A stretch of 31,430 nt of DNA from Elusimicrobiota bacterium (lineage in GTDB: Bacteria > Elusimicrobiota > Elusimicrobia > UBA1565): NCBI GenBank assembly GCA_043827405.1, contig JBDRPD010000101.1, forward strand, positions 1 to 31,430, read 5' to 3'. A model generated the notes under the pieces. It was not told where the DNA came from. It saw only the letters and a program-made list of their open reading frames with translations, and did no database searches. A program made the translations under genes and the position numbers. Below, piece by piece: positions 23,553-31,430 of this stretch; within the stretch, counting starts at the first letter, position 1; every line of letters starts with the position of its first letter.

Positions 23553-24929
23553 ATGAAGTCCGCGACAACGCTGGAAGCCGCCGTTAACTCCAAGATCATC
23601 CCTCCGGGCAGCCGCATCTACTGCAGCGGCAACGCGGCGACGCCGCAGAAGCTGCTGGGCCGGCTGGCCGGCGACGAGTCCATCCGCGATGTCGATTTGT
23701 ACTGCGTCCTGCCGCTCGGCGAGCAGGATGTCATGCGGAAGGTATTCGGGGATGCGGCTTGCTCGCGCATCAACTACCGCATTATCTTCAACAGCGGCTT
23801 CACGCGTGAGGCCGTCAACGCGGGCAAGGCGAAGTATCAGCTGTGGCATCTCTCGCAGACGCCGCGCCAGATCCGGCGCTACGTCAAACCCAATGTTGTC
23901 CTGCTGCAGGTCAGCGGGCCGGACTACGGCGGAAATTACAGCCTCGGGACCACGGTGGAGGCCGTGCTGGCCGCGATCCATACCGCCAAGGAGACCGGAG
24001 GCATCGTTATCGCCGAGCGCAACCTGCGGATGCCCTTTGTGCTGGGGCCGACGGTGCCGGAGCATATGATCGATTATTTTATTGACGTCGACTATCCGCT
24101 TCCGGCCAGCCCGGCAGCGCCGATAGATGATACGGCGCAGCGCATCGCGCGCATCATCACCCGCCTGTATATCGAGGACGGCTCCACGCTCCAGTTCGGG
24201 ATCGGCGGGGTTCCCGAGGCCGTCGCCGACGCTATAATTGAGAAAGGCGTCAAGGACCTCGGCATCCATACCGAAGTGCTCGCTTCCGCGATGATCAAGC
24301 TGATCCGCCGGGGGATCGTCACCAACAAGAAAAACCGGCGCAAGGGCGACGACTTCTCGATCGGCACGGTATTTCTCGCGGATTCCAAAGAGGATTACGA
24401 CTGGCTGCACTTCAACAGCAGCGTGCAGGGACGCGCCAGCAACTACACCAACAGCATCCTGGTTATAGCTCAGCAGCCCAATATGGTCGCCATAAATTCC
24501 GCCATCGGCGTCGATCTGGCGGGCAATATTTGGGCCGATTCCATGACCGGCCGGCAGATCTACAGCGGTATCGGCGGACAGGCCGATTTTATCCGTGCCG
24601 CGCCCTATTCCGAGGGCGGCCGCGCCGTGATCGCGCTTAAGGCGACGACGGGGAAAGGCGTGTCCAAGATCGTTGATATGTGCCCGGAAGGGATTACCAC
24701 GACGGCGATCCCCGCCGATCAGGTGATCCTGGTGTCCGAGTACGGCGCCTTCGAGCCCTTCGGTTTGAGCGTCGGTGAGAAGGCCGTGGGAATCGCCCAT
24801 TTGGCCGCTCCCGAGTTCCGGGACGAGCTGCTCGGCAAGATCTACAGCAATCCGGCTTTCCACGACCCCAAAAGCGCCAATATTAGCGGCCGGCCCAAGG
24901 GGTTCACGCCCTACGACAAAGCGGGGTAG
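23553..24929 (+). CDS. Acetyl-CoA hydrolase/transferase family protein (4-hydroxybutyrate CoA-transferase-like)
   Basis: Motifs GSTLQFGIGGVPEAV, DLGIHTE (catalytic Glu), INSAIGVDLAG and SGIGGQADFIRAA..SEGG. Start at ATG 23553 with a GGAGGAG RBS. Confidence 0.9.
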   Translation: MKSATTLEAAVNSKIIPPGSRIYCSGNAATPQKLLGRLAGDESIRDVDLYCVLPLGEQDVMRKVFGDAACSRINYRIIFNSGFTREAVNAGKAKYQLWHLSQTPRQIRRYVKPNVVLLQVSGPDYGGNYSLGTTVEAVLAAIHTAKETGGIVIAERNLRMPFVLGPTVPEHMIDYFIDVDYPLPASPAAPIDDTAQRIARIITRLYIEDGSTLQFGIGGVPEAVADAIIEKGVKDLGIHTEVLASAMIKLIRRGIVTNKKNRRKGDDFSIGTVFLADSKEDYDWLHFNSSVQGRASNYTNSILVIAQQPNMVAINSAIGVDLAGNIWADSMTGRQIYSGIGGQADFIRAAPYSEGGRAVIALKATTGKGVSKIVDMCPEGITTTAIPADQVILVSEYGAFEPFGLSVGEKAVGIAHLAAPEFRDELLGKIYSNPAFHDPKSANISGRPKGFTPYDKAG

Positions 24930-24934
24930 CCGCC

Positions 24935-26605
24935 TTAATCGTGCTCAAGCCAGAGACAGCGCTTGTCCAGTACTTCGCGTGCCGTCCGGCGCTTAAGCAC
25001 GTCGTCGTTGCCCCATAACTCGCGAAACAGCGCCTTGACCCGGCGCCGGGCGCCGCGGCAGAACATGTCGGCTAGATCGATCATGCGGCCGCCGTCAGCG
25101 CTCTCATCCTGGGAGTTGTGGGCGTGGACGACCGCCGCGGTTATGGCATAGAGCAGTATCCCGATCCGGGCCAGGCGTTCATGCACGACGCGGCGGCTGC
25201 GGTAGCCGCGGCCGTGCAGCAGCATGCCGTGGAAAGCCGCACGCGCGAGCTTCCTCCCGTGCTTTTCCGCGAAGCGCAGATGCCGGGCAAGGCGTCCGAA
25301 CCGGCGCCAGCGCGGCCACCAGCTCCAGCCCAGCCAAGCCAGGGGATACCACAGCGCGTAGAAGGCCGTGATTCCGGCAAGCAGCAGGTACCTCTGCCGG
25401 CGTCCCATGTCCTGGTAGGCCCAGGTGCCGATCGCGCGCAGGTGCCGCTCGACGGCTTCCCGCGCCAGCGCCGCCAGCGGCGGCTCTCCCTCCAGCAGAC
25501 CGGCGCGCCGCAGGTGCGCGTCCCGGGCGGCGTCCGCCGCGGTGCGCTCCTTCGATTGGGTGATATGCGCCGTCAGTTCGAGAATCCGCTGTTCCGTATC
25601 GTCGGCGAACAAGCGCGCCGCCGCGGCTTCCTGGCGGTGGGCGAGAGCGCCGCGGTCCGCCAGCCCGGCGGCGAACGCGGAGACGGCTTCCATAGCGTAG
25701 AGGTTCGCGGCGATGTCGGCGAGGGCATTGGCCGATATTTCGTCGTCGCCCGCGCGGCCGCCGGCGGGCGTCGGCATTTCCAGACGCAAGCGCGCGGCGC
25801 GCAGGCAGTCCTTGACGGGCCCGGTGCCGGCCGCGAGCAGCAGCTGCGCGATGTCCAGGGCGGCCTGCGCATGATGGTCGCCCTGGCCGATCTCACCGAT
25901 CAGGCTCTCGGGGGGGACCGGCACGTCCGCGAGAATCAGGCGCGCGACGCGCAGACCAGCGGCCGGAGTTTCCAGCGGCGCCAAGGAAATCCCCGGCCAG
26001 GCGGCTTCGAGCAGAAATACGCCATGACCGCGGCGGGCGGCGTCGACGGCGGTGACGGCGATGAGCTTGGGCTTTTCCTCGCCGTAGTACAGCGTCTTTT
26101 CGCCGCTGAGGTTAAATTTATAGTCGCGCAGCACCGCGGTCGTCCCTTCCGCATCGGTGAGGGCGGCGGCGGCGGGTTCGCCCTGGGCCAGGCGGGGAAG
26201 GTAGGTCGCGCGCTGCTTCTTGGCGCCGAATATCAGCAGCAGCTGCTGCAGGATGAAAGAACGGTATATATCCAGGATGACCGGGCTGCGGCCTTTCTCC
26301 GACAGCCGGCGGATAATTTCCACGGTTCGCGTCAGCGACAGGCCGAGGCCGCCGAACTCCCGCGGGACGGCCAGGCCGCAGAGGCCGCTGTCCGCGGCGG
26401 GCACGGCTTCGATTCGGGAGCGGAGTTCGCGGAAGGCGGCCGCGTCGTCTTTGAGCTTTTCCCGCAGCTCCGCGCGCGATACTCCGCGGGAACGCGGCTC
26501 GGTCTCCAGCAGCGCCGTCGGAAATGAGCCGTAAAACAGCTTATGGAAAAAGCCCGCCGACCAGCCGCGGCCGACCGTCGCGCCTTTGATATCGAAGATT
26601 TCCAA
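24935..26605 (-). CDS. Acyl-CoA dehydrogenase family protein with degenerate motifs
   Basis: Motifs GLAVPREFGGLGLS, FGAKKQRATYLPRLAQGE, VPVPPESLIGEIGQG and LADIAANLYAMEA, plus a long C-terminal extension. The TTG start is uncertain. Confidence 0.75.
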   Translation of the reverse strand: MEIFDIKGATVGRGWSAGFFHKLFYGSFPTALLETEPRSRGVSRAELREKLKDDAAAFRELRSRIEAVPAADSGLCGLAVPREFGGLGLSLTRTVEIIRRLSEKGRSPVILDIYRSFILQQLLLIFGAKKQRATYLPRLAQGEPAAAALTDAEGTTAVLRDYKFNLSGEKTLYYGEEKPKLIAVTAVDAARRGHGVFLLEAAWPGISLAPLETPAAGLRVARLILADVPVPPESLIGEIGQGDHHAQAALDIAQLLLAAGTGPVKDCLRAARLRLEMPTPAGGRAGDDEISANALADIAANLYAMEAVSAFAAGLADRGALAHRQEAAAARLFADDTEQRILELTAHITQSKERTAADAARDAHLRRAGLLEGEPPLAALAREAVERHLRAIGTWAYQDMGRRQRYLLLAGITAFYALWYPLAWLGWSWWPRWRRFGRLARHLRFAEKHGRKLARAAFHGMLLHGRGYRSRRVVHERLARIGILLYAITAAVVHAHNSQDESADGGRMIDLADMFCRGARRRVKALFRELWGNDDVLKRRTAREVLDKRCLWLEHD

Positions 26606-26672
26606 TGCCGGATCCTGAGTGCGGAGTCAGGTTAAAATACAATAAAACCCGGCGTGTCGGCTCCCGTGCGGC

Positions 26673-27941
26673 CTAGAAGTCGAGAACAGCCTGGATGAAG
26701 CCGAAGGTCTTGTCTCTGGCCGCCACCGTCTTCTTGGCAAACTCGCCGGGAAAGAACTGGGCGACGCCGAACCAGAGGTTCAGCGTGTCGCGGAACTTGG
26801 TCTTGAAGTGGATGTCGATCTCGTCTCCCACATGCTTGCCGGAAGTCCCCGTTGCGTCGGTCGCGATCGCCGCGCCGCCGTACCAGCTGTCGCGGGCATG
26901 CTCGAGGCGGAAGTGATGATATGAGACGAAGGAGTTCAATCCGGCGACCGGGACCAGCTTCAGGTGCGCCGCGAAGTCATGGCCGTTGCGCCAGTTGAAG
27001 ACATCGGCATGTCCCTGCAGGGCGTGACTGAAGGGGTAGAGCGGGCTGAACGTTTCTTCCTTGCCGTCGTTGGGGTCCGAATCGCCCGAGGCGTAGGTCC
27101 ATTCGAAGCCGAGGCGGGGCTGCATGGCGACCGGCGCGTTCACTCCCGCCGTCAGGGCGAGGGCATGCGCTTGGATGCGGTCGCCCGCGGCGAAGCCGAA
27201 CTGGTAGACAAACTCTCCCGAATAATCGGCCATGCCGGTCCGGCCTTTAATCCGGGTGCCTAGAGTCCGCTCGGTGAGGTTGCCGGTGCCGGCCGTCCGC
27301 GGACCGGCGCCGTCCGGGTCTTCGTTGGTCTGGATGCCGTCGCCCAGGTCGCGGCCCAGGAAGTAGACATCCATCTCATGCTTCTCGACTGCTTTGCAGG
27401 CGGCATAGAGGCCGGAGAAGCGGTGGTCATGGACGCTTTTGTCGACTTCCTTCACGTTGGTTGAAAACAAGTCGACGTTCCAGATATCGTTTCCGGCCCG
27501 GATGCGGATGCCGTCCCAGGCGCGGCCGACATTGGACCAGTCCAGCGTGCTGATCAGGCGCTGGTCGCCGTAGCTCATTCCCCAGCGGCCCGCCCGCAGG
27601 CTCAGGGGCAGCCCCCAGAGGTCGAGGATATCCAGGTACCCTTGATGGAGGTCGACGTTTTGGTTATTGGTGCCGGGCGCGGAACCGGAGGTCCGGGAGT
27701 CCTGCAGCTGGATGAAGGTGCGAACTCCCTTGCCGGGCTCCGCCTCGGCATTGAGCCGGGTGCGGTAGAGGACGAAGTCGGTGGGGTTTCTCCCTGCCTG
27801 AGTCGCATAGCTCGTCACGTTGGTAGCTTCGCCGCGAACGCGGAACTGTCCGCCGAACTTCAGGTTGTAAGGCATCTCGGCCCCGGCCGCTGCCGGAGCG
27901 AACAGTACCACGGCGGCAAATAAGATGATGACGGGTCGCAT
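26673..27941 (-). CDS. Outer-membrane beta-barrel, alginate export (AlgE-like) family
   Basis: True start at ATG 27941 (AGGAG RBS) with signal peptide MRPVIILFAAVVLFAPAAAGA. Motifs FIQLQDSR, DLHQGY, GDQRLISTLDWSNVGRAWDG and YASGDSDP. C-terminal Phe. Confidence 0.85.
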   Translation of the reverse strand: MRPVIILFAAVVLFAPAAAGAEMPYNLKFGGQFRVRGEATNVTSYATQAGRNPTDFVLYRTRLNAEAEPGKGVRTFIQLQDSRTSGSAPGTNNQNVDLHQGYLDILDLWGLPLSLRAGRWGMSYGDQRLISTLDWSNVGRAWDGIRIRAGNDIWNVDLFSTNVKEVDKSVHDHRFSGLYAACKAVEKHEMDVYFLGRDLGDGIQTNEDPDGAGPRTAGTGNLTERTLGTRIKGRTGMADYSGEFVYQFGFAAGDRIQAHALALTAGVNAPVAMQPRLGFEWTYASGDSDPNDGKEETFSPLYPFSHALQGHADVFNWRNGHDFAAHLKLVPVAGLNSFVSYHHFRLEHARDSWYGGAAIATDATGTSGKHVGDEIDIHFKTKFRDTLNLWFGVAQFFPGEFAKKTVAARDKTFGFIQAVLDF

Positions 27942-28019
27942 ATCCACTCCTCTTTGTGCTATTTCCCGGCGGCGCCGGCAAATTCGTCGGGCTCGCCGAT
28001 AAAGTATCATAATAACATC

Positions 28020-29795
28020 GTGGATAAACGTGCTTTTCCGGACAGCCGGGACCAGGTTGCGAATTTTCGGCGCCAGGTCGCCGTCCGCTTCGCGGCCATA
28101 TATCTGCCGGCCCTGCTGCTGCTCGGCGGCCTCGTCGCCTTCTTCTATTTCCAGGAGCGGAGCCGGACGGAATGGATGCATAAGCAGGGCGCGATCAGCG
28201 TCGCCGATATGCAGGAGGACGTTCTTGGCCGGGAGTTCGACTCCATTACCTCGGACCTGATGTACCTGGCCGAGCATAAGGGGCTGCGGGAGTTCCTGAC
28301 CAAGAGAAGCCCGGAAGCCCGGCGCGCGCTGACCGAGGAGTTCCTGCTGTTTTGCGCCACCAAGCGGGGACTCTATGACCAGATCCGCCTGCTCGACGGC
28401 AAGGGGCGGGAGACGGTGCGGGTCAACTACGAGAAGGGGAGCCCGCGAATCGTTCCCGACCGCCTGCTGCAGGACAAGTCGCGGCGGTATTACTTCCGCT
28501 CCACGATAGGGCTCGATCAGGGCGAGGTATACGTATCGCCGTTCGATCTCAACATTGAACGCGGAGAGATCGAACGGCCGTGGAAGCCCATGATCCGCTT
28601 CGCGGTTCCCGTCTTTGACGGCCGGCAGCGCAAAAGCGGCGTTTTGATCCTGAACTTCCAAGGCGCCAAGTTCCTGCACCGGATGGACGGCATCTCGGCG
28701 CATTTCCCCGGCTTCGTTATGCTCGTTAACGATAACGGCTATTGGCTGCGCGGTCCCAAGGCGGACGACGATTGGGGCTTCATGTTCGACAAGGAGCCCA
28801 CGTTCAAGCGCGATTACCCGGACGCCTGGCGGCGGATCAGCTCGTCCGACGGCGGGCAGTTCCTTAATTCCGAGGGTCTGTTCACTTTTATTAATTTCGT
28901 GCCGCCCTTTCGCTTTCGTGAGGCCGCCGGCGACAGAAGCGGCGGCCTGAAGGTGGTATCGTTCGTGCCGCACAGCGTGTTGCGCTGGGAGCCGTGGCAG
29001 GCGCTGCGCCGGCCGCTTTTGATCTGCGCCGTCGCCGCGGTGATTCTCGCCGCGCTGGCTTTGCTGCTCGCGAATTCCCGGGTGATTCGCCGCCGCGACC
29101 AGCAGAAGCTGCGGGAGTCGGAGGCGCGAATGCGGGCGCTGTCGACGCGGCTGATTACGGTGCAGGAGGATGAGCGCCGCAAGATTTCGCAGGACCTGCA
29201 CGACGACCTGGGCCAGACCGTCACCGCTATCGGCATCGATCTGGAACGGGCGGCGCTCGCCGCGGAGGCCGATAAGCGCGACGACCTGCTGCGCCGCGCG
29301 CTCGCCTGCAACCGCGAGGTGCTCGATAAGATCCGTGAGCTGTCTTCCGAGCTGCGGCCGCGCATCCTCGACGATCTCGGCCTGCGCGACGCGGTGCGCA
29401 GTTTTCTCGCGGATTTTCAGACCCGCACCGGCATCGATGTCGCGGCTGAGCTGAGCGTCGGGAGCGGCGAGGTCCCCTCCGACGTGAGCGGAAATATCTA
29501 CCGCATTCTGCAGGAGTCGTTGAATAATGTCGTTAAGCATGCCCGCGCCAAGAAGGTTTCCATCCGCCTCGACGCCGCGCCGGACCGGGTGGCGCTGACC
29601 GTGCGCGACGAGGGGGTGGGCTTCACCCCGGATGAGGCCGGGCTCACGTCTCTCGGTATCCTCGGCATGCGGGAGCGGGCGGAGCTGCTGGGCGGCCGCT
29701 TTGAGCTGACTTCCCGCCCCGGAGAGGGGACCGAGATCCTGGCGGCTTTCCCGCTCAACGGCGGCGAAGGTAAATCGGATAGAATGAAGGAATGA
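28020..29795 (+). CDS. Sensor histidine kinase (periplasmic Cache-like domain, HisKA_3/NarX-type core)
   Basis: Two TM segments, YDQIRLLD..DKSRRYYF..YVSPFDLNIE..PMIRF, then ERRKISQDLHDDLGQ, QESLNNVVKHA, DEGVGF and LGILGMRER. Start is probably GTG 28020 (ORF track gives 27954). Confidence 0.9.
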   Translation: MDKRAFPDSRDQVANFRRQVAVRFAAIYLPALLLLGGLVAFFYFQERSRTEWMHKQGAISVADMQEDVLGREFDSITSDLMYLAEHKGLREFLTKRSPEARRALTEEFLLFCATKRGLYDQIRLLDGKGRETVRVNYEKGSPRIVPDRLLQDKSRRYYFRSTIGLDQGEVYVSPFDLNIERGEIERPWKPMIRFAVPVFDGRQRKSGVLILNFQGAKFLHRMDGISAHFPGFVMLVNDNGYWLRGPKADDDWGFMFDKEPTFKRDYPDAWRRISSSDGGQFLNSEGLFTFINFVPPFRFREAAGDRSGGLKVVSFVPHSVLRWEPWQALRRPLLICAVAAVILAALALLLANSRVIRRRDQQKLRESEARMRALSTRLITVQEDERRKISQDLHDDLGQTVTAIGIDLERAALAAEADKRDDLLRRALACNREVLDKIRELSSELRPRILDDLGLRDAVRSFLADFQTRTGIDVAAELSVGSGEVPSDVSGNIYRILQESLNNVVKHARAKKVSIRLDAAPDRVALTVRDEGVGFTPDEAGLTSLGILGMRERAELLGGRFELTSRPGEGTEILAAFPLNGGEGKSDRMKE

Positions 29796-30445
29796 TGACG
29801 CGTCCCAAAGAGATCCGGGTGCTGCTGGCGGACGACCACGTGATGGTCCGTGAAGGCCTGACGCAGCTGCTGCGCGAGCATCCCAGCATCGAAGTGGCGG
29901 GACAGGCGGGCAGCGGGGAGGAGGTTCTCGCCCAGGCGGAGACGGCCAAGCCCGACGTCGTGGTTCTCGACTACAGCATGCCGAAAGGAGACGCGCCGAC
30001 CGTGATCGGGCAGCTGCGCAAGCGCTTCCCCCGCGTCAGGATTTTGGTCCTGACCGTGCATGAGAATATCCACTACGCGGTGAACGTTCTCGAGGCGGGA
30101 GCCCAGGGCTATATCATCAAGTCTTCCGCGGTCCAGGAGCTGGTGGACGCGATCCGGGCCGTGCACGGCGGAGAGATCTTCATCTCGGCCAAGCTGTCGC
30201 AGAGCGTGCTCAAGCATCTGCTCACCCCCAAGAAGGAGCGGGCCGGTCTGGAGGCGCTGTCGCAGCGGGAGTTCGACATGCTGCGCGTGCTCGGCGCGGG
30301 GATGAGCCTGACGGCGAGCGCCGAGTATCTCGACATCAGCCCCAGCGCCGCCTCCACCTACCGCGCGCGCCTGATGGAGAAGCTGCGCCTTGACAGTACC
30401 GCCGCGATCATCCGCTTCGCGCTCGAGAACGGGATCGTCGGGTAG
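29792..30445 (+). CDS. NarL/LuxR family DNA-binding response regulator
   Basis: Motifs VLLADDHVMVREG, VVLDYSMP and GAQGYIIK, plus LuxR HTH LSQREFDML..STYRARLMEKL. ATGA-coupled to the kinase. Confidence 0.93.
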   Translation: MMTRPKEIRVLLADDHVMVREGLTQLLREHPSIEVAGQAGSGEEVLAQAETAKPDVVVLDYSMPKGDAPTVIGQLRKRFPRVRILVLTVHENIHYAVNVLEAGAQGYIIKSSAVQELVDAIRAVHGGEIFISAKLSQSVLKHLLTPKKERAGLEALSQREFDMLRVLGAGMSLTASAEYLDISPSAASTYRARLMEKLRLDSTAAIIRFALENGIVG

Positions 30446-30452
30446 TCCCGGC

Positions 30453-31184
30453 TTACGGCCGGCAGTTGATGAGTCCGGCGGACAGGACCTGGTGCAGGGC
30501 TTCCCGGCAGGAAAACAGCGCGGCCATCAGGGCCAGCGCGCCGCCATAGGCGCCGAGGCGGAGCGCGCTCGGCCGGCACTGCTCGGTGAACAGCAGGTAG
30601 AGGCCGCACAGCGCGTTGACCGCGCCGATCAGAACGGCGGCCGTCAGTACGCCCAGGTACGGCAGCAGCACCAAGGGAAACAGCAGCGCGCCGACGAAGG
30701 TGCCCGCGTAGTCAACGGCCAGGACCTGGTTGGCCCGGTCGCCGCTGAGCTGCATGAGCAGGGGGAGCTCGAAGCCGGACAGCAGCCCGATCACCACGAT
30801 CAGGGAATGGTCGAAGGCGTTTACGGCCAGGCCGTAGAAGAGCCCGGTCAGCGGCAGCCCCAGGGCGGCGGCGGCGCGGCAGGCGGCCATGTTCCAGCAC
30901 AGGACCAGGACCGGGCTCAGGGCGCCGAGGAGAGCCAGCGCCAGCTCGACGTCGATGAGCCGCAGCAGGCGGTCGCCCGGCTTGGTGCGCGAGCACAGCA
31001 GGGCGCCGAGGCCGAGCGAGGCCAGGTAAAGCCCGATGGTCACGTTGTAGCGCAGAAAGGTATTGCCCAGCGTCACCGCCAGGCTCTGCGCCAGCAGCAG
31101 CTCGTAGACGATGCTGCAGCAGGCGAGCAGCAGCGTCAGCAGGAGGAGGGGGGTGCGGCGCAAGGATTTAACTGGCTGCGTCAC
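30453..31184 (-). CDS. Membrane protein resembling the N-terminal transmembrane domain of membrane-bound spermidine synthases
   Basis: Motifs CSIVYELLLAQ, TIGLYLASLGLG, IGLLSGFELPLL and VLAVDYAGTFVGALLFPLVLLP. About 7 TM segments and no catalytic domain. Confidence 0.75.
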   Translation of the reverse strand: MTQPVKSLRRTPLLLLTLLLACCSIVYELLLAQSLAVTLGNTFLRYNVTIGLYLASLGLGALLCSRTKPGDRLLRLIDVELALALLGALSPVLVLCWNMAACRAAAALGLPLTGLFYGLAVNAFDHSLIVVIGLLSGFELPLLMQLSGDRANQVLAVDYAGTFVGALLFPLVLLPYLGVLTAAVLIGAVNALCGLYLLFTEQCRPSALRLGAYGGALALMAALFSCREALHQVLSAGLINCRP

Positions 31185-31231
31185 TGCCTCGTAGTCTAGC
31201 TAATAGGAATCCGCCGGCGCAAAACGGCGAT

Positions 31232-31430
31232 TCAAATCGGCTGGGGCTGCTTCAGCCGGTATAAGGGAATATCCGTCCCGAAGTCGATGATGACCGGGGT
31301 TTGACTGCGTCCCATATCCCGAGAGAGGCGAGCGGTCGTCTTTTTAGAGAAGGCTCCTAGTTCGACCAGGCCCACCATCTGGTCTCCATCCAGGTCGGCG
31401 TCCCGATTGTCGCTGAGGCCCTTGAGCAGC
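31232..31430 (-). CDS. 3' end of a probable caspase-like (peptidase C14) domain protein, partial
   Basis: Translated by hand: LLKGLSDNRDADLDGDQMVGLVELGAFSKKTTARLSRDMGRSQTPVIIDFGTDIPLYRLKQPQPI*. Fits the LL.GL...AD.DGD..V...EL.....QTP C-terminal pattern of bacterial caspase homologs. Confidence 0.55.
   Translation of the reverse strand, partial: LLKGLSDNRDADLDGDQMVGLVELGAFSKKTTARLSRDMGRSQTPVIIDFGTDIPLYRLKQPQPI

Noticed and set aside
26673..29540. 955-aa ORF as one giant porin fusion
   Set aside because: The first 533 codons are the antisense shadow of the histidine kinase. The signal peptide and RBS place the real start at 27941.
31207..31233. Intrinsic terminator after the caspase-like gene
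   Set aside because: A bulged stem (GAATCCGCCG/CGGCGATTC) is present but overlaps the stop and lacks a U-tract.
1..31430. CRISPR arrays, tRNA/rRNA, transposases or integrases
   Set aside because: None were seen. The repeated DNA segments are conserved coding motifs of paralogous genes.

Overview
GC-rich bacterial DNA. About 25 kb (1-24929) is a divergent gene cluster of nitrogenase-like reductase genes and radical SAM enzymes. The leftward operon runs from 18251 off the left edge and is almost entirely translationally coupled. In order it encodes a NifH::NifD-like fusion, a NifD-like protein with an unknown N-terminal domain, a NifK-like protein, a free NifH-like protein, a second NifH::NifD-like fusion, a second NifK-like protein, a cobalamin-dependent radical SAM enzyme, two HemN-like radical SAM enzymes and three paralogous SPASM/twitch-like radical SAM enzymes. 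The rightward operon (18503-24929) encodes a three-Cys NifD/BchN-like subunit, an exported TPR protein, a NifK-like subunit, an FNR-type regulator, a small unknown protein and an acetyl-CoA hydrolase/transferase. I see no FeMo-co ligands and no nifB, so this looks like a multi-step reductive cofactor or metabolite pathway rather than N2 fixation. It resembles the nitrogenase-paralog/radical SAM loci I recall being reported from Elusimicrobia. The divergent intergenic region has Crp/Fnr-type boxes at -41.5 and -63.5 of both predicted promoters, and a perfect FNR box lies upstream of the radical SAM triplet. The right end holds a degenerate acyl-CoA dehydrogenase, an alginate-export-type porin, a Cache/HisKA_3 kinase with a NarL-type regulator, a stand-alone spermidine-synthase-type membrane domain and the 3' end of a caspase-like gene. 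All calls come from motif recognition by eye; no searches were run.
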